Below, piece by piece: positions 48,101-58,890 of a stretch of 64,000 nt of DNA. The number at the start of each line of letters is the position of its first letter. Within the stretch, counting starts at the first letter, position 1. The position numbers were made by a program, and so were the translations under genes. Under the pieces are notes generated by a model. It was given only the letters and a program-made list of their open reading frames with translations. It ran no database searches and was not told the origin of the DNA. This DNA is from Arcobacteraceae bacterium (GTDB lineage Bacteria > Campylobacterota > Campylobacteria > Campylobacterales > Arcobacteraceae), in contig OY759974.1 in NCBI GenBank assembly GCA_963662945.1, forward strand, positions 800,001-864,000. Reading direction: 5' to 3'.

Positions 48101-49741
48101 ATGTCAATCAACACAAACAATATGAATAAAGAAAAAACACAAAAAAAGATATTAATTGCAACAGCATTATCATTTGCTTTTTTTATAGCTTATGATTTTT
48201 TATACTTACAACCAAAACAAGCTGCTGTAAATGAATTAAATAAACAAAATCAAGCAGTACAACAACAAACAACAACTACTACACAAAATCAAGCACCAGC
48301 TATAATAAATAATACAACAGCACAAAATAGTGCTCCAAAAACAAACAATATAGTTACAACAGATATCATTTCTACAATTGAAACAAAAAATAATATTATC
48401 AAAATAGATAATTTAGGAAGAGTTGCACAAGTAACACTAAAAGAAGTACAGTATGTTGATGCTGATAATAAACAGATTCATCTTTTCGAGCAAAATCAAT
48501 TAAGACCTTTAGAAGTTAGATTTGCAAACACAGCTACAAACAATGAGGCATTTAAAGTAAATGTTACAGCGTCTGCATCTGAAGTAAATGCAATTACTTC
48601 AACACAACAAATTACATTAACACAAAATCTTACAAATACAACATTGACAAAAGTTTTAACTTTTTACCCTGATGGACATTACGATATTGATGTAAGTTCA
48701 ACAAATAAAGAAGAATTTTTTATAACTCCAGGTTTTAGACCAAATGTATTAGCTGATATGTATGCAGATCATGGAGCATTATTAGCATTAAATGATGGAA
48801 CTCTTAATATCATCGAAGATGAAGATATGGAAAAAAGTGCTGAACTTATTGGTGTAAATGTTGCTTCTGCATTTGATAGATATTACGCAACAGTTTTATA
48901 TAACTATGATGTAAGCATGGCTGTAAGTGTTATGAAAGATATTAATGATTCACCAAATATGTTTATCCAAGCAAAAGACAACATAAAACTTCATGGTTAC
49001 ATGGGACCAAAAGAGTATAAAACATTAACAAATCTTGATCAAAGATTATCATCTGTTATAGAGTACGGTTGGTTTACTTTCATAGCAAAACCAATGTTTA
49101 CTATGCTTCAATATATTCATGACTATGTTGGTAACTGGGGTTGGACAATTGTTATTACAACAATTTTAATTAAACTTATTCTTTTCCCTTTATCACATAA
49201 AGGTATGGTATCTATGAATCGACTTAAAGATTTAGCACCTAAAATCAAAGCTATTCAAGAAAAATATCCAGATAAACAAAAAGCATCTATGCATATGATG
49301 GAATTGTATAAAAAAGAGGGTGCAAACCCTATGGGTGGATGTTTACCAATTATCTTACAAATACCTGTTTTCTTTGCTATTTATAGAGTTTTATTAAATG
49401 CTATTGAACTTAAAGGAAGTGAGTGGATTTTTTGGATTAATGACTTAGCAGAGATGGATCCATATTTTATTCTTCCAATATTAATGGGTGCTACAATGTT
49501 TTTACAACAAAAAATCACACCTAATACTATGACGGATCCATTACAACAAAAAATGTTTCAATTTTTACCTGTAATATTTACATTTTTCTTCTTATGGTTC
49601 CCAGCAGGTCTTACACTTTATTGGTTTATCAATAACTTATTTACAATTGGTCAACAATACTATGTAAATCAAATATTTGAAAAAGCAAGAATTCAAAGAC
49701 ATGAAAAACATATAGAAGAGAAACAACACAATAAAAAATAA
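48101..49741 (+). CDS. yidC: Membrane protein insertase YidC
   Basis: EYGWFTFIAKP, GNWGW, NPMGGCLP, PAGLTLYW. Confidence 0.98.
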   Translation: MSINTNNMNKEKTQKKILIATALSFAFFIAYDFLYLQPKQAAVNELNKQNQAVQQQTTTTTQNQAPAIINNTTAQNSAPKTNNIVTTDIISTIETKNNIIKIDNLGRVAQVTLKEVQYVDADNKQIHLFEQNQLRPLEVRFANTATNNEAFKVNVTASASEVNAITSTQQITLTQNLTNTTLTKVLTFYPDGHYDIDVSSTNKEEFFITPGFRPNVLADMYADHGALLALNDGTLNIIEDEDMEKSAELIGVNVASAFDRYYATVLYNYDVSMAVSVMKDINDSPNMFIQAKDNIKLHGYMGPKEYKTLTNLDQRLSSVIEYGWFTFIAKPMFTMLQYIHDYVGNWGWTIVITTILIKLILFPLSHKGMVSMNRLKDLAPKIKAIQEKYPDKQKASMHMMELYKKEGANPMGGCLPIILQIPVFFAIYRVLLNAIELKGSEWIFWINDLAEMDPYFILPILMGATMFLQQKITPNTMTDPLQQKMFQFLPVIFTFFFLWFPAGLTLYWFINNLFTIGQQYYVNQIFEKARIQRHEKHIEEKQHNKK

Positions 49742-49751
49742 AGGATAAAGT

Positions 49752-50594
49752 ATGGTACAAGAGTTTCAAGGTAAAACTTTAGAAGAAGCTTACGAAAAGG
49801 CTTCAACGTCTTTAAAATGTTCCATAACTGATCTTCAAATAGATATATTACAAGTACCTAGCAAAGGATTTTTAGGATTCTTTGCTAAAGAAGCTATTAT
49901 CAGTGTTACTCTACACAAAGAAAAAAAACATCATAAAAAACATCATCGTGAAACACTCAATGAACAAGAAAATGTAGAAACATTAAGTTCTAAACTCAAT
50001 GCATTAAGAGATGAAGAAAAAACTTCAAAAAGTGCACCAATCAAACAAATAGAAAAAGAAGAAATTTTTAATGACTTTTATGGAAATGAAATACAAAAAC
50101 TTCATAAAACTCCAATTATAAATAAATCACATCAAGAAACTATTCAAGAGATTAAAGAACAAGTTAATCATTTATTCTCAAAATTATGTTATAAAATTGA
50201 TGAAATACAAGTTGATATAATCGATGAAGGGAAAACTGTATATATTGAATTTAATGGGGAAGATAGTGCTTTATTAATAGGGAAAGAGGGATATAGATAT
50301 AAAGCTCTTTCATATATACTTTTTAACTGGATAAATGATAAATATAATATGATGTTACGACTGGAAGTTGCACAATTTTTATCAAATCAAGAACAAGCAA
50401 TACATACATACCTTGAGCCAGTTATTACAACGATTAAAACAGATGGTTTTTATAAAACAAAACCTCTTGATGGAATCTTAATCCATATTGCACTTACAAG
50501 ATTAAGGGAAGAGTTCCCTAATAAATATGTAGCTGTTAAAACAAATATCAAGGGAGATAAGTATATTTTAGTGAACGAATACCGTTCCAACTAA
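49752..50594 (+). CDS. jag: Jag/EloR-family RNA-binding protein
   Basis: Jag_N (GKTLEEA...KGFLGFF), KH-like LLIGKEG; synteny with yidC and mnmE. Confidence 0.85.
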   Translation: MVQEFQGKTLEEAYEKASTSLKCSITDLQIDILQVPSKGFLGFFAKEAIISVTLHKEKKHHKKHHRETLNEQENVETLSSKLNALRDEEKTSKSAPIKQIEKEEIFNDFYGNEIQKLHKTPIINKSHQETIQEIKEQVNHLFSKLCYKIDEIQVDIIDEGKTVYIEFNGEDSALLIGKEGYRYKALSYILFNWINDKYNMMLRLEVAQFLSNQEQAIHTYLEPVITTIKTDGFYKTKPLDGILIHIALTRLREEFPNKYVAVKTNIKGDKYILVNEYRSN

Positions 50595-50611
50595 TATACT
50601 TAATTTTTTAA

Positions 50612-51952
50612 GTGATAAATGAAGATACAATAGTTGCTATTGCAACTGCAAATGGAATTGGTTCTATCTCTATTGTGAGAGTAAGTGGAGTGCAAGCTTT
50701 ACAAATTGCTCAAAAAATATCAAAACAATCTACAATACAACCTAGATATGCAAAACTTTCTAAACTTTATGATATAAAAGATGAACTTATTGATGAAGCT
50801 CTTATATTATACTTCCAAAATCCCTTTTCTTTTACAGGGGAAGATGTTGTAGAGTTTCAATGCCATGGTGGTGTAGCCATATCAAATATTGTTTTAGAAA
50901 CTTGTATAAAATATGGTGCAAGAATAGCAAATCCTGGAGAGTTTTCAAAACGGGCTTACTTAAATAATAAAATTGATCTCTCGCAAGCACAAGCTATATC
51001 AAAAATGATAGAAGCAAGAAGTGAAGATGCAGTAAAACTACTTGCTCGACAATTAAAAGGTGAATTGACAGATTTTGTTAATGAGATACGAAAAGACTTA
51101 CTTTTCATGTTAGCTTACACTGAAGTAAATATAGATTATGCAGAAGAAGATTTACCAGAAGATATTTTTGAGCAAATTAAAGAAAAACTAGAAATTACAC
51201 AAAAGAAACTTAATAGTACTCTTGATGCTAGTAGACGAAGAGAAGGTTTAATCGAAGGTTTTAAAGTAGCAATCGTAGGGAAACCAAATGTTGGAAAATC
51301 AAGTCTTTTAAATAAACTTTTAAATTTCAATCGTGCTATTGTAAGCGATATTGCTGGAACTACAAGAGATACTATTGAAGAGAGTGTTCGTATTGGAACA
51401 CATATAATTAAAATAGTTGATACAGCTGGTATTAGAGAAGCAAGTGATGAAATAGAAAAAATTGGAATCGAAAAATCAAAAGAAGCTATAGAACAATCAG
51501 ATATTGTAGTAGCTTTATTTGATGGAAGTAGAAAATTTGATGATGAAGATCAAAAAATTGTAGATATTTTACATTCTACATCAAAAGAAATAGTAGTTAT
51601 CATAACAAAATCAGATCTTCCACAAAAATTTGACTTAGAACTTCTAGAAACTTCTATAATTTCACTAAATACAAAAGAAGATATCTCTCCGCTTATTTCA
51701 AAACTCGAAGAGATTTTAAATCAAAATACAAATGGAGATGAGATAACATTAATCTCCAAACAACAAATTTTGGAAGTTGAAAACACTCTTTCTAATATAC
51801 AAAAAGCATATGTACCATTAAATAATGGCGAATTAGAATTTTTTGCACACTATATTAATGAAGCAATTGAAAACATTTCAAATATTACAAGACCTTATGA
51901 ACATAGTCAAATGTTAGATATAATGTTTGGTGAGTTTTGTTTAGGAAAATAA
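50612..51952 (+). CDS. mnmE: tRNA modification GTPase MnmE
   Basis: DTIVAIAT, GKPNVGKSS, GTTRD, DTAG, FCLGK. Confidence 0.98.
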   Translation: MINEDTIVAIATANGIGSISIVRVSGVQALQIAQKISKQSTIQPRYAKLSKLYDIKDELIDEALILYFQNPFSFTGEDVVEFQCHGGVAISNIVLETCIKYGARIANPGEFSKRAYLNNKIDLSQAQAISKMIEARSEDAVKLLARQLKGELTDFVNEIRKDLLFMLAYTEVNIDYAEEDLPEDIFEQIKEKLEITQKKLNSTLDASRRREGLIEGFKVAIVGKPNVGKSSLLNKLLNFNRAIVSDIAGTTRDTIEESVRIGTHIIKIVDTAGIREASDEIEKIGIEKSKEAIEQSDIVVALFDGSRKFDDEDQKIVDILHSTSKEIVVIITKSDLPQKFDLELLETSIISLNTKEDISPLISKLEEILNQNTNGDEITLISKQQILEVENTLSNIQKAYVPLNNGELEFFAHYINEAIENISNITRPYEHSQMLDIMFGEFCLGK

Positions 51953-51955
51953 AAA

Positions 51956-52696
51956 ATGTTTAGAAATGCACAAGTATTAGAATTTTTAGAAGAGAATAAA
52001 GATTGTTCTTATTTTGAAAATAAATCTTCAGACATACGATACAGATATATGGAACACTGTTCTGCAGAAGAACAAATGAAAATGCTAGAACGTGGCTGGA
52101 GAAGATTTGGGAATATGCATTTTGTGCCAGAATGTAAAGATTGTCATGAGTGTAAAACTATTCGAATTGATGTTGAAAATTTTCACTTTACTAAAAATCA
52201 TAAGCGTATAATGAAAAAAAACATTGATACACAAGTTTATGTACAAAAGCCAACTGTAACATATGAGCACATTGATCTTTTTAATAAATATCATCATCAT
52301 ATGAAATATAAAAAAGAATGGCAAGAAAATGTTATAGATGTACAAGAATATCACAATTCTTATGTAAATGGTGCTCATGATTTTGGAAAAGAACTTCTCT
52401 ATTTTAGAGGCAATAAATTAATTGCAGTAGCACTTAGCGATATCTTAAGTGAGGGAATTTCTGCTGTTTATTGTTATTATGATCATGATTATGAAGATTT
52501 ATCATTAGGAAAATTTTCAATACTTGCACAAATCAGTATTGCTAAACAAGCGAAGATTCCTTATGTATATTTAGGATATTGGATACAAGACCACTATAGT
52601 ATGGGTTATAAAGAAAAATATAAACCGTTTGAAGTATTAGAAAACAGACCAAAACTTACAGAAGAAACCATATGGAGTTATCATGAGCGAAAATAG
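51956..52696 (+). CDS. Arginyltransferase / Bpt family protein
   Basis: CSYF...GWRRFG...PECKDCHECKTIRI...SLGKFSIL...YLGYWI...MGYK. Confidence 0.88.
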   Translation: MFRNAQVLEFLEENKDCSYFENKSSDIRYRYMEHCSAEEQMKMLERGWRRFGNMHFVPECKDCHECKTIRIDVENFHFTKNHKRIMKKNIDTQVYVQKPTVTYEHIDLFNKYHHHMKYKKEWQENVIDVQEYHNSYVNGAHDFGKELLYFRGNKLIAVALSDILSEGISAVYCYYDHDYEDLSLGKFSILAQISIAKQAKIPYVYLGYWIQDHYSMGYKEKYKPFEVLENRPKLTEETIWSYHERK

Positions 52697-53090
52697 AAAG
52701 ACAATGATTATTGACGAAGAAATTGAAGATTTTGAAAGTAATGTAACAGCCCAAAGAGATGCAATCTTTGAAAAATTTAAATTAGCTCTTTTAAATGAAG
52801 ACCCTACAAGGCTTCTTGGAAAATTTTATCATTATTGCAATGAATATGTAAATTTTGAATTTGATGAAAGTGCTATGAATATGGATGAAGCAGAAGATGT
52901 CTTACGAAAAATAAATATTTTGAGGGATAAACTTATAGAGTCTTTGGAAGAAACATTATCCTATAAATTTGAAAATATAAAAACAAATACAATGCAATTT
53001 CAAATTTCATTTAGAACAACTATAGAAGATATAAAATATACTGTTATTATTGAGGTTTTTCCTGATAGTTTTGATTTAGAGATAATATAA
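52683..53090 (+). CDS. Acidic hypothetical protein
   Basis: 135-aa ORF overlapping the upstream stop and ending 8 nt before trmD. Confidence 0.7.
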   Translation: MSENRKTMIIDEEIEDFESNVTAQRDAIFEKFKLALLNEDPTRLLGKFYHYCNEYVNFEFDESAMNMDEAEDVLRKINILRDKLIESLEETLSYKFENIKTNTMQFQISFRTTIEDIKYTVIIEVFPDSFDLEII

Positions 53091-53098
53091 GTTTTACC

Positions 53099-53776
53099 AT
53101 GAAGTTTACTTTTGTCTCACTTTTCCCTAATCTTATCAAACCTTATTTTGAAGACTCTATCTTAAAAAAAGCAATAGAAAAAGATTTGATAACTATTGAT
53201 TTTTATAACCCTAGAGACTACACTTTGAATAAACACAATAAAGTAGATGACACACTTTGTGGAGGTGGTGCTGGACAACTCATGTTTCCTCAACCACTTT
53301 TTGATCTTCTTGATTCAGTTAAAAAAGAAAATAAAGAAGCCTATATCATCTTTCCTTTAGCTGCCGCAAAGCCTTTTAAACAGCAAGATGCAATCAGATT
53401 AGCCAAAAAAAAACACCTTGTTTTTGTAAGTGGAAGATATGAAGGAATTGATGAAAGAGTTATCGAAACTTATGCAAATGAAGTATTTAGTATTGGTGAT
53501 TATATTTTAACGGGTGGAGAATTGGCCTCAACAGTAATGGCAGATGCTATTAGTAGAAACTGTGATGGTGTCTTAGGAAATGATGAGTCTTTAACAGAAG
53601 AAAGTTATAATACAAATGAAGACAATAAACTTACTTTAGAAGCTCCATCTTTTACAAAACCAATCAATTTTAATAATTTAAGAGTGCCTTCAGAATTATT
53701 AAAGGGAAATCACGCTAAAATTCGCAACTTAAAATCAAAACTGTCTAGGTGCAAAACTAAGTACTTTAGACCATAA
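53099..53776 (+). CDS. trmD: tRNA (guanine-N1)-methyltransferase
   Basis: [32 protein letters not shown]. Confidence 0.97.
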   Translation: MKFTFVSLFPNLIKPYFEDSILKKAIEKDLITIDFYNPRDYTLNKHNKVDDTLCGGGAGQLMFPQPLFDLLDSVKKENKEAYIIFPLAAAKPFKQQDAIRLAKKKHLVFVSGRYEGIDERVIETYANEVFSIGDYILTGGELASTVMADAISRNCDGVLGNDESLTEESYNTNEDNKLTLEAPSFTKPINFNNLRVPSELLKGNHAKIRNLKSKLSRCKTKYFRP

Positions 53777-53779
53777 AAG

Positions 53780-53810
53780 GCGGCACTGACTAGAATTCTA
53801 GTGTATCCGC
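53780..53810 (+). promoter_or_regulatory. GC-clamped stem-loop ahead of the rplS RBS (candidate leader)
   Basis: GCGG...CCGC enclosing the perfect palindrome ACTAGAATTCTAGT. Confidence 0.5.
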
Positions 53811-53825
53811 GAAAAAGGAAAACAA

Positions 53826-54182
53826 ATGAAAAATAAATACATTGCTGCATTCGAAGCTGCACAAACTGAAGGTAAAGAGATCCCACAATTTAGAGCTGGT
53901 GATACATTAAGACTTGGTGTTGAAATTAAAGAGGGTGAAAAAAAGAGAATCCAGAACTTTGAAGGTATTGTTATTGGTTTAAAAGGTGAAGGTGTATCTA
54001 ATACTTTTACAATCAGAAAAACTGGTGCAAACGGTATCGGTGTAGAGAGAATTTTCCCACTATACTCTGAAAGTTTAAAAACAATTGAAGTATTAAGAAG
54101 AGGTGATGTAAGAAGAGCTAAATTAAATTACCTTAGAAATCTTAAAGGAAAAGCTGCAAAAATTAAAGAGCTTAGAAAATAA
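53826..54182 (+). CDS. rplS: 50S ribosomal protein L19
   Basis: FRAGDT...RIQNFEG...GVERIFP...[10 protein letters not shown]. Confidence 0.99.
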   Translation: MKNKYIAAFEAAQTEGKEIPQFRAGDTLRLGVEIKEGEKKRIQNFEGIVIGLKGEGVSNTFTIRKTGANGIGVERIFPLYSESLKTIEVLRRGDVRRAKLNYLRNLKGKAAKIKELRK

Positions 54183-54205
54183 TTCAAATTATTTGAATTT
54201 TTTAC

Positions 54206-54238
54206 AAGGTAAGTATCAGATGATACTTACCTTTTTTT
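54206..54238 (+). terminator. Rho-independent terminator after rplS
   Basis: AAGGTAAGTATCA/TGATACTTACCTT hairpin plus T-tract. Confidence 0.88.
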
Positions 54239-54245
54239 ATCTCTT

Positions 54246-55121
54246 ATGAAAACTATAACCTATTCTCCAATAGAACAAATCACTTTTGAAAAACAATCTT
54301 TTTTAATCAAAAGAGATGATTTATTACATAAAGATTTTAGTGGAAATAAAGCACGAAAATTTTACTATTATCTAATCAATGACTTTCCAAATATTAACAC
54401 TATTATCAGCCACGGTTCAAATCAATCAAATGCAATGTATAGTTTATCAGTATTAGCAAAATTAAAAGGCTGGAAATTTATTTATTATGTGGATCATATT
54501 CCATCTTTTTTAAAAGAAAATCCACAAGGAAACTATAAGTATGCCCTTAAAAATGGTATGAATATTATTGAAAATAAAGAGTTTAAAAAAGAAAATTTAA
54601 CAGTTCAAAATAATGAACTTTTTATCAATGAAGGTGGTGCCATAAAAGAAGCACAATTTGGACTTGAACAACTAGCTAAAGAAATCAAAGAATATCAATA
54701 TAATAATCAGATACAAAATTTGAAAGTTTTCCTTCCAAGTGGTACAGGAACAACTGCCCTATTCTTACAAAAATACTTAGAATGTGAGGTTTTAACTTGT
54801 CCTTGTGTTGGAGATAGTGAGTATCTAAAAGAACAATTTTTGGAACTTGAAAAGAATGAAAAACTTCATCCTACTATTATATCCACTGATAAAAAATATC
54901 ATTTTGGAAAACTTTATAAAGAAAATTATCTTTTATGGAAAAAGTTAAAAGAAAAGATAAATATTGAATTTGATTTATTATATGACCCTATTGGAATAAA
55001 AACTTTTTTAGCGCTACAAAAAGAAGAGAATTTCACTTACCTTTATATCCACCAAGGGGGAATTAAAGGAAATGAAACTATGCGTGAGCGATATATTTAT
55101 AAATATAAAGATTTAATTTAA
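54246..55121 (+). CDS. PLP-dependent ACC deaminase / D-cysteine desulfhydrase family protein
   Basis: KRDDL...SGNKARK, GSNQSN, PSGTGTT, HQGG. Confidence 0.88.
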   Translation: MKTITYSPIEQITFEKQSFLIKRDDLLHKDFSGNKARKFYYYLINDFPNINTIISHGSNQSNAMYSLSVLAKLKGWKFIYYVDHIPSFLKENPQGNYKYALKNGMNIIENKEFKKENLTVQNNELFINEGGAIKEAQFGLEQLAKEIKEYQYNNQIQNLKVFLPSGTGTTALFLQKYLECEVLTCPCVGDSEYLKEQFLELEKNEKLHPTIISTDKKYHFGKLYKENYLLWKKLKEKINIEFDLLYDPIGIKTFLALQKEENFTYLYIHQGGIKGNETMRERYIYKYKDLI

Positions 55122-56501
55122 ATTAGCTAACCATTTTTGAAAAGCTTCAATTTGTTCTTGCGTTCTAGCTGTACTAGTTCCACCAAAACTTGTTCTTGCA
55201 TTCATAGAATTTCGTAAATTAAGGTATTCTAGAATATCTTCATTTATTGAAGCTACTTCACTATTTGCACCTCGTATCTCTTCAATAGTAAGCTCACTCA
55301 TATCTTTCCCTAATTTATTTGCAACTGCAACCACATCTTTAGTAATATAATATGCAGTTCTAAAAGGAAGATTTGCTTTTTGCACTAAATAATCAGCTAA
55401 ATCTGTAGCACTTAAATGTCCTACCTTACAAGCAGATTCCATAGCATCAACATTGATAATAAGTGTATCCATAACAGAAGTTAATATATCTATAGATATC
55501 TCTGCTGTTGCCACACTATCAAATACACCCTCTTTATCCTCTTGTGTATCTTTATTGTAAGCTAGTGGTAAACCTTTCATAACAGTTAATAAGCCCATAA
55601 GGTTTCCATACACTCGTCCTGTTTTACCTCTTAAAAGTTCAGGTACATCTGGATTTTTCTTTTGTGGCATAATAGAACTTGTTGTTGCATATTCATCACT
55701 CATCTTAACAAAACCAAACTCATAACTTGACCATAAAATCAACTCTTCAGAAATTCTACTTATATGCATCATTGTTGTTGAGATATTAAAAAGTATCTCT
55801 AAAGCAAAATCTCTATTGCTACTTGTATCTAACGCACACGCAGTTGGTGCATCAAATCCTAAAAGTTCAGCTGTTTTAAATCTATCAATATTATGTGGAG
55901 TTCCTGCTAATGCTGCACTTCCTAGTGGCGAATAATTATTTCTCTCATAACTGCTTACAAATCTTTCATAGTCTCTTTTAAACATATTTGCATAAGCCAA
56001 CATATGAAATCCAAAATTTACAGGCTGTGCATGTTGCAAATGTGTCATACCAGGAATTAAAGTCTCTGTATGTTTTGAAGCAATATTTACAAATGTTTTA
56101 ATAAGATTTTCTAACTTCTCTTTTATCACTATAGTTTTATCTTGTACATACAAAGCAAAGTCAGTTGCAACTTGGTCATTTCTACTTCGTGCTGTATGAA
56201 GTCTTCCACCAGCAGAGCCTATATACTCTGTAAGTTTAGACTCAATAGCCATATGAACATCTTCATGCTCTATTTTCCACTCAAACTCCCCCGCTTCTAT
56301 TTCACCCTTTATTCGTAAAAGCCCTGCTTCTATCTTCTCTTGATCTTCTATAGATATAATCCCTTGTAAAGCTAACATTTTACTATGAGCAATACTCCCT
56401 TTTATATCTTGAGCATAAAGCTCTTTATCAAACATAACAGAAGCATTAAATTGATCTAATAGTGCGGCATTTGTATTTTTTAGTATTTGGTCTTTTGACA
56501 T
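55113..56501 (-). CDS. argH: Argininosuccinate lyase
   Basis: [28 protein letters not shown]. Confidence 0.98.
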   Translation of the reverse strand: MSKDQILKNTNAALLDQFNASVMFDKELYAQDIKGSIAHSKMLALQGIISIEDQEKIEAGLLRIKGEIEAGEFEWKIEHEDVHMAIESKLTEYIGSAGGRLHTARSRNDQVATDFALYVQDKTIVIKEKLENLIKTFVNIASKHTETLIPGMTHLQHAQPVNFGFHMLAYANMFKRDYERFVSSYERNNYSPLGSAALAGTPHNIDRFKTAELLGFDAPTACALDTSSNRDFALEILFNISTTMMHISRISEELILWSSYEFGFVKMSDEYATTSSIMPQKKNPDVPELLRGKTGRVYGNLMGLLTVMKGLPLAYNKDTQEDKEGVFDSVATAEISIDILTSVMDTLIINVDAMESACKVGHLSATDLADYLVQKANLPFRTAYYITKDVVAVANKLGKDMSELTIEEIRGANSEVASINEDILEYLNLRNSMNARTSFGGTSTARTQEQIEAFQKWLANLN

Positions 56502-56543
56502 AAGTATCCTAATATTTGTGATTGATTTTTGGAATTATAACAT

Positions 56544-56575
56544 AAAAAAAGGTAGAGTCAAAACTCTACCTTTTT
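56544..56575 (-). terminator. Rho-independent terminator after nifU
   Basis: AAAAAAAGGTAGAGT-CAAA-ACTCTACCTTTTT. Confidence 0.85.
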
Positions 56576-56604
56576 ATCTAACTCAATTAAAGATTACACT
56601 GCCA

Positions 56605-57585
56605 TTAAACAGGCAATACCCTAATGTTTTCATCCACTTTTTGTTTCAATGTAGACTCAATAGCATACAATGTTCCTGTACTTCCTGTTGAACAAGATGA
56701 ACATGCTCCTAGATATCTTATATAGATATCATAGTATGGTGTATTTTCTTTAATATCAATAATTTCCATATCTCCACCATCCATTACTAACATTGGTCTA
56801 ATATATTCTTCTATAATTGCATCTACTGCTTTGATTCTTTGAACTATTGTCATTTTATCAAATGAGTTTTCACCACTTTGTGTTGTATCTGCTGCTGCAC
56901 TTAATTTCTCTTGTTCCATTGATGCTTTTACTTCTGCTAAGATATCTACTAGATATACATCTTTTGCTTCATGTCCACCTGGGCGGATACATGATTTACA
57001 GTAACTTCCTGCTGTTGTTTTCTCAATAATCTCTTCTACTGTTTGAAGGTTATTTTCTCTTATTGCATCTACGATATCTTTTCTTGTTTTTCTTGCACAT
57101 TCACAAACGATATCTTGGTTTTCTATTTCACTTCGCTCAACTCCTTTGTATTGTGCTGCTGCTTCAAGGATTACATCGTATGCCATTACTGAACAATGCA
57201 TCTTTTGAGGTGGAACTGCTGGAGTATTTGGTTCATCTCTTAAAAATGCTTCCACTTCTGTATTTGTAATATGGATTGCATCATCTACTTTTCTACCGAT
57301 ACATAGTTCTGCCATAGCATCACTTGAAGCAATAGCTGTACCACAACCGAAGCTTCTAAATTTTGAATCAAGGATTGTATCTGTTTTTTCATCTACCAAC
57401 CAGTAAAGTCTTACTGCATCACCACAAGACTCTGCACCAAAGTCTGCAACAATTAATCTTGCACCTACTTTATCTGCATCTTCTTGAGTAAATTCACCAA
57501 GTGCTCTTGGGTTATTCATTCTATCTTGTACTTTTCTACTATATTGTTCCCAAACGTTTCCTGTAACTAATTCATCTCTTGCCAT
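56605..57585 (-). CDS. nifU: Fe-S scaffold NifU (three domains)
   Basis: SCGD, FGCG, KMHCS; CECA...CKSC; LGACSSC. Confidence 0.95.
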   Translation of the reverse strand: MARDELVTGNVWEQYSRKVQDRMNNPRALGEFTQEDADKVGARLIVADFGAESCGDAVRLYWLVDEKTDTILDSKFRSFGCGTAIASSDAMAELCIGRKVDDAIHITNTEVEAFLRDEPNTPAVPPQKMHCSVMAYDVILEAAAQYKGVERSEIENQDIVCECARKTRKDIVDAIRENNLQTVEEIIEKTTAGSYCKSCIRPGGHEAKDVYLVDILAEVKASMEQEKLSAAADTTQSGENSFDKMTIVQRIKAVDAIIEEYIRPMLVMDGGDMEIIDIKENTPYYDIYIRYLGACSSCSTGSTGTLYAIESTLKQKVDENIRVLPV

Positions 57586-57619
57586 AATATTTTTCCTTTA
57601 TAATTTATTCTCTATTGTA

Positions 57620-58813
57620 TTAATCGTGTAAGTGTACACTAAAAGCTTGTTGTTTTGCATACGTCATAGATATATTTCTAAGACGAACTACAGTTGACTT
57701 CACTTTCTCAATAACATAATCTATCTCTTCTTCTGTTGTAAATTTACTCAATGCAAACATTACTGTTGCATTTGCTATCTCTGTTTTTTCACCTAATGCT
57801 TCAACTACTGCACTTGATTCTAAATCTTCACTTGAACAGCTTGAACCTGTTGAGATATAGATACCATGTTGATTCATATCCCAAAGCATCGCTTCCCCTT
57901 CAACACCTCTAAAAGAGATTGCTACAAGGTTTTTGAGTCTTTTTACTCTTGGTACATAAGATTTTGTATCTGGTATTTTTAGAAGTTCATCTTCTAGTTT
58001 ATTTCTCAATTTTTGTGTTGTATGATCCATAAAAGAGAGGTTTATATTTGCTAGTTCTACAGCTTTTGCCATTGCTGCAACACCGTTATTATAAAGAGAC
58101 CCACCTCTTTTTCCACCCATTACATTTTTTGCACCATGGATAAGTGTTGTATATGGCGCTCCTGCTTTTATATACATTAAACCTACACCTTTTGGTCCAT
58201 GGAATTTATGTGCTGAACAGGTAAAGTAATCTACACCTAAGTCTCTTACATCTACTTTCATTTTCCCCATTGCTTGGGCACCATCACTATGGAAGTATAC
58301 GTTATGTTTTTTTGCAATTTCACTTATTTTTTTAATATCTTGCACTGCACCTGTTTCATTTGAAGCCATAAGAACAGAGATTAAACATGTTTGAGGAGTA
58401 ATTGCTTTTTCTAGTTCATCTAATTTAACAAGACCATTTACATCTGTTCCTACGTAAGTAACTGCCATACCCATATCTTTACAGAATTTCAGTGGAGATT
58501 TTATACTTGAGTGTTCTGCCACTGTTGAAATGATATGATTTCTACTATCACCTTTTAGGAAGTTATGCAAAAATGTTTTTATTACTGCGTTATTCCCTTC
58601 TGTTGTTGAAGAGGTGATGATAATATCATCTGCATCATCTGCACCTATTCCTTCATACAATGTATCATAGGCATCATTTAACAATTTTCTTGCTTCTATA
58701 CCTTTATTATAGATTACATTTATATTTCCGAACTTCTCTATACTCTCACAGTAAACCTTCTGTACTTTTGGGTCTATTGGGGTTGTTGAGTTATTATCTA
58801 AGTATACTTCCAT
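57620..58813 (-). CDS. nifS: Cysteine desulfurase NifS
   Basis: YLDNN, SAHKFHGPKG, STGSSCSS; directly upstream of nifU. Confidence 0.93.
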   Translation of the reverse strand: MEVYLDNNSTTPIDPKVQKVYCESIEKFGNINVIYNKGIEARKLLNDAYDTLYEGIGADDADDIIITSSTTEGNNAVIKTFLHNFLKGDSRNHIISTVAEHSSIKSPLKFCKDMGMAVTYVGTDVNGLVKLDELEKAITPQTCLISVLMASNETGAVQDIKKISEIAKKHNVYFHSDGAQAMGKMKVDVRDLGVDYFTCSAHKFHGPKGVGLMYIKAGAPYTTLIHGAKNVMGGKRGGSLYNNGVAAMAKAVELANINLSFMDHTTQKLRNKLEDELLKIPDTKSYVPRVKRLKNLVAISFRGVEGEAMLWDMNQHGIYISTGSSCSSEDLESSAVVEALGEKTEIANATVMFALSKFTTEEEIDYVIEKVKSTVVRLRNISMTYAKQQAFSVHLHD

Positions 58814-58853
58814 TATTAGCCACCTAATTATTTATTTGTGTAAGTGTAACTTA

Positions 58854-58876
58854 AATAAGATAAAATTAGTCTTATT
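58854..58876 (-). promoter_or_regulatory. Palindromic operator upstream of nifS
   Basis: Minus strand AATAAGA-CTAATTTTA-TCTTATT, 5 nt before TACACT. Confidence 0.7.
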
Positions 58877-58890
58877 AGAAAAACTTAATT

